Shown here piece by piece: positions 61,995 to 62,066 of a stretch of 62,066 bases of DNA (positions are counted from its first letter, which is position 1; every line of letters begins with the position of its first letter). Source of the stretch: a bacterium (GTDB taxonomy: Bacteria > Cyanobacteriota > Vampirovibrionia > Gastranaerophilales > JBAXKC01). The stretch lies in NCBI GenBank assembly GCA_037137535.1, contig JBAXKC010000013.1, positions 1-62,066 of the forward strand, given 5' to 3'. Both the position numbers and the translations under genes were made by a program. The notes beneath the pieces were generated by a model. The model had not been told where the DNA came from and did no database searches. It saw nothing but the letters and a program-made list of their open reading frames with translations.

Positions 61995-62066
61995 AGTCGG
62001 CGAAGCTTTTAGGGTTCTTAACAAACTTTCCTGATTCAGATAGAAATTAAATTTACACAATAAGTG
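61995..62066 (-). promoter_or_regulatory. Putative CRISPR leader (partial)
   Basis: Non-repeat sequence abutting the intact terminal repeat, opposite the degenerate end. Confidence 0.55.

Noticed and set aside
1-62066. tRNA, rRNA, IS elements, integrases, prophage genes, self-targeting spacers
   Set aside because: None recognised by eye; self-targeting could not be tested exhaustively without alignment

Overview
AT-rich bacterial chromosome segment, most consistent with a non-photosynthetic cyanobacterial relative (Melainabacteria/Vampirovibrionia). This is inferred from cyanobacteria-like NusB, YvcK, ThiE and TonB architectures together with outer-membrane and anaerobic-metabolism genes. 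Contents from left to right: (1) a compact minus-strand flagellar basal-body/type III export cluster (putative fliK-like, flgF, flgG, flgB, flgC, lytic transglycosylase, fliE, fliF, an abnormal FliG-like gene, fliH, flhA, fliI). The FliG-position protein has an extra N-terminal domain and no recognisable torque-generating C-domain, and no hook, filament or stator genes lie in the cluster, so it is a candidate non-motile flagellum-derived secretion system. (2) STAS protein, acyltransferase, OprB porin, clpB, SOUL protein. (3) tonB-exbB-exbD-exbD preceded by two VirB10/TrbI-like exported proteins. (4) usp, nusB-ftsY-ffh-rpsP. (5) MCP-CheW-hemerythrin-degenerate histidine kinase. (6) 2-oxoacid:ferredoxin oxidoreductase alpha/beta, fbaB, ileS, GH57, sugar-binding lipoprotein. 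(7) pxpA-like, yvcK-panB-panC, TetR pair, CDP-alcohol phosphatidyltransferase-trmL-thiE, yaiI, Maf-family gene, several orphan genes that are candidate secretion substrates, and gpmI. (8) A ~57-repeat CRISPR array (30-bp repeat) with one exactly duplicated spacer and no cas genes in the window. All calls come from motif recognition by eye; no searches were run.
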